Below, piece by piece: positions 62,111 through 64,000 of a stretch of DNA of 64,000 nucleotides. Made by a program: the position numbers and the translations under genes. Below the pieces are notes generated by a model. The model was given only the letters and a program-made list of their open reading frames with translations, ran no database searches and was not told the origin of the DNA. How positions within the stretch are numbered: the stretch's first letter is position 1; each line of letters opens with the position of its first letter. Origin of the DNA: an uncultured bacterium (GTDB lineage Bacteria; Desulfobacterota_D; UBA1144; Nemesobacterales; UBA2774); contig CAWGRW010000009.1 of NCBI GenBank assembly GCA_963825135.1, forward strand, positions 2,336,001 through 2,400,000, given 5' to 3'.

Positions 62111-63874
62111 TCACTGCCACGTCCATTTTTCCGATCCCGACTGGAGCAGCGCGTTTTGGAGCACCTGATCGAGTCCGTATATATCCTTATGGAAGCTCAC
62201 TGTACCGTCACTATTAGCCCATGCCGTGAAGTATAAAATATAAACCGGCACAGGGACGGGCAGATCGACGGTCTGGGTTGTCCCCCTGTTAATTGCCGAT
62301 TGGATCTTTGCTTCGGTCCAACTCGGGTCCGAAGACAGGACGAATTCGGCCAGGTCCACGGGCTTTTCCACCCTTATGCACCCATGGCTGAAATTCCTCT
62401 GAGACCTCTGGAAATATCCCCTGTTCGGCGTATCGTGGAGGTATACCGAGTACTTGTTGGGAAAAAGGAATTTCACCCTGCCTAACGGATTTGAGGGTCC
62501 CGGGTTCTGACGGAGCTTATAGTTGCCTGAAAGCACCTTGGACAGGTACTCCTCCTTGGCCGAGGCGATCTCGGTTTCATCCAGACTATCCGTCTCCTCC
62601 ATTTCGAGCCCCAGAGCCTGTATGTTACGGTTCGCCATGTAATCAGGGTCCGATTTAATCAGCGGAGCTATGTCGTCCTTGAAAATGCTGGGCGGAATAT
62701 TCCAGTATGGGTTAAGTACTATATGAGTCATCTGCTCGCTGAAAATAGGCGTATTCCACTTGGGCTTGCCTACCACGATTCTCATGCTTATGGCGTCTTT
62801 ATTATTTTCTACCGCGTAGAGGTGATAGTTTGCGATGTTCACGAGCACGAATTTGCTTCCCATATCCTGCGGCAGCATGCGCCAGCGCTCCATCGTGAGC
62901 ACAATCTGTTTTACCCGCTCGCCGGCCGGGACGTTTAGGGATTCAACTGTGGAATCCCCCGCGACGCCGTCCAGATACAATCCGTTCGTGTCCTGGTATT
63001 TCCTCACGGCCTGCTCGAGGGTTTCGTCGAAGACGTCGTTCCCCAGGGCGGAACTGTCCAGCTCTCCCGTCACGACGAGCCTTTCTTTAAGCGCCGTGAC
63101 CCTCTCGCCGCGTGCGCCTTTCCTCAGTTTCGGTCCTTCGGGTATCTGCTTCCACCCGCCTTCGGCCTCATATTGCCTATATTCCGCGAGCGCGGTCCTC
63201 AGTCTCGCGTACACGGGGTACTTGGGCAGTAACGCTGCGAGCGTATCGTCGATCTTGTTTTCATTTACGGCTGAGATAAGCAGCCCGTTCAGGTCCACGG
63301 GCTTCTCTCCGAATACGAGCTCGAGGTCTATTTTCTCGGGGCTTATCTGTCCGTAAAGAAGGTCGCCCGCGTATTTAAGGAAAGAGTTGGAAAGCAGTAT
63401 GTCGAGCTCTGCCAGTAATTCGGGCGATGGCAATTTACCGGTCACTGCCTTTATCCTCGAAAGCGTGTAATTGATCTCTTTAATGTTGTAGTTGTCTGGG
63501 TTCAGGCCTTCCGTGTAGCTGTTTTGAATGGCCTCCACCATTTCGGAGCACTCGGGCTTGGGACCGTTATCTCCGACCCAGATCGGCTGGTAATTCAGGT
63601 TCTGATATAAGGCGGGCAATGAGCTGTAGAATTTTACGGTGTTGTTATCGATGACTATGGATTTAGGGGTCTGCGGACTATCAACTCTCTGTCTTATGAT
63701 TCCGCTGACAAGACTGAGCAGAGTCTCCGGGGACTGAGGAGACGAAACACCGGTATTGCCGGAGGTTTTCTCCTGCCCCGGCTGGATACAGCCCAACATA
63801 ATCGCGCCCGAAAGTGCGAACACAACCGCGACTGCCGCCAGTCTTTTCCCTCTGAACACCGACATATTTTTCAT
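62111..63874 (-). CDS. L,D-transpeptidase, YcbB/LdtD type, with PG-binding domain
   Basis: Lipobox MLGC, AVRKYQ..GL..DG, VVGK..TP, NPYWNIP, YLHDTP, SHGCIRV. Confidence 0.92.
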   Translation of the reverse strand: MKNMSVFRGKRLAAVAVVFALSGAIMLGCIQPGQEKTSGNTGVSSPQSPETLLSLVSGIIRQRVDSPQTPKSIVIDNNTVKFYSSLPALYQNLNYQPIWVGDNGPKPECSEMVEAIQNSYTEGLNPDNYNIKEINYTLSRIKAVTGKLPSPELLAELDILLSNSFLKYAGDLLYGQISPEKIDLELVFGEKPVDLNGLLISAVNENKIDDTLAALLPKYPVYARLRTALAEYRQYEAEGGWKQIPEGPKLRKGARGERVTALKERLVVTGELDSSALGNDVFDETLEQAVRKYQDTNGLYLDGVAGDSTVESLNVPAGERVKQIVLTMERWRMLPQDMGSKFVLVNIANYHLYAVENNKDAISMRIVVGKPKWNTPIFSEQMTHIVLNPYWNIPPSIFKDDIAPLIKSDPDYMANRNIQALGLEMEETDSLDETEIASAKEEYLSKVLSGNYKLRQNPGPSNPLGRVKFLFPNKYSVYLHDTPNRGYFQRSQRNFSHGCIRVEKPVDLAEFVLSSDPSWTEAKIQSAINRGTTQTVDLPVPVPVYILYFTAWANSDGTVSFHKDIYGLDQVLQNALLQSGSEKWTWQ

Positions 63875-64000
63875 TTCCGATTACTAAATCTAAGCTGAAT
63901 TAGCATTCAGCCCGCTTTACATAACCCCGGTATGATCAAGAATATCTGAAATTTCAACACATGTTAATAAAATTTCAGTCTATTCAGCACATTTATTATA

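Noticed and set aside
58183..64000. Integrative element at tRNA-Leu
   Set aside because: No integrase and no repeat of the tRNA 3' end seen; downstream genes look like core genes.

Overview
Bacterial chromosomal window with no rRNA, CRISPR array, transposase or phage genes. Gene content suggests a Gram-negative, deltaproteobacterium-like organism (inference only). Positions 1-13.4 kb are a visibly more AT-rich, minus-strand surface-glycan locus built by internal duplication. It holds two NodZ-like fucosyltransferases, one intact and two broken copies of a GT4-like glycosyltransferase, a GT32-like enzyme, two copies of an HTTM (vitamin-K-carboxylase-like) membrane protein plus small partner, and an HprK-like kinase next to a GT2-nucleotidyltransferase fusion. 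The rest is mostly housekeeping: minCDE, protoporphyrinogen oxidase, a sigma54 two-component pair, pilD, a CDC48-type ATPase, recF, an RND pump, rlmB, ligA, polX, an amidase, apgM, tRNA-Leu(GAG), a siroheme reductase and an L,D-transpeptidase. Several unusual domain fusions occur (NDH-2+cNMP+CBS, DnaJ+2xUSP, substrate-binding domain+TolC, a four-repeat cyanovirin-like lectin). Intergenic spacers at 49.4, 51.6 and 57.8 kb contain clustered, partly nested palindromic repeats. Several genes carry 1-2 nt frameshifts, some in homopolymers, which may be assembly errors. All product calls come from motif recognition by eye; no database search was run.
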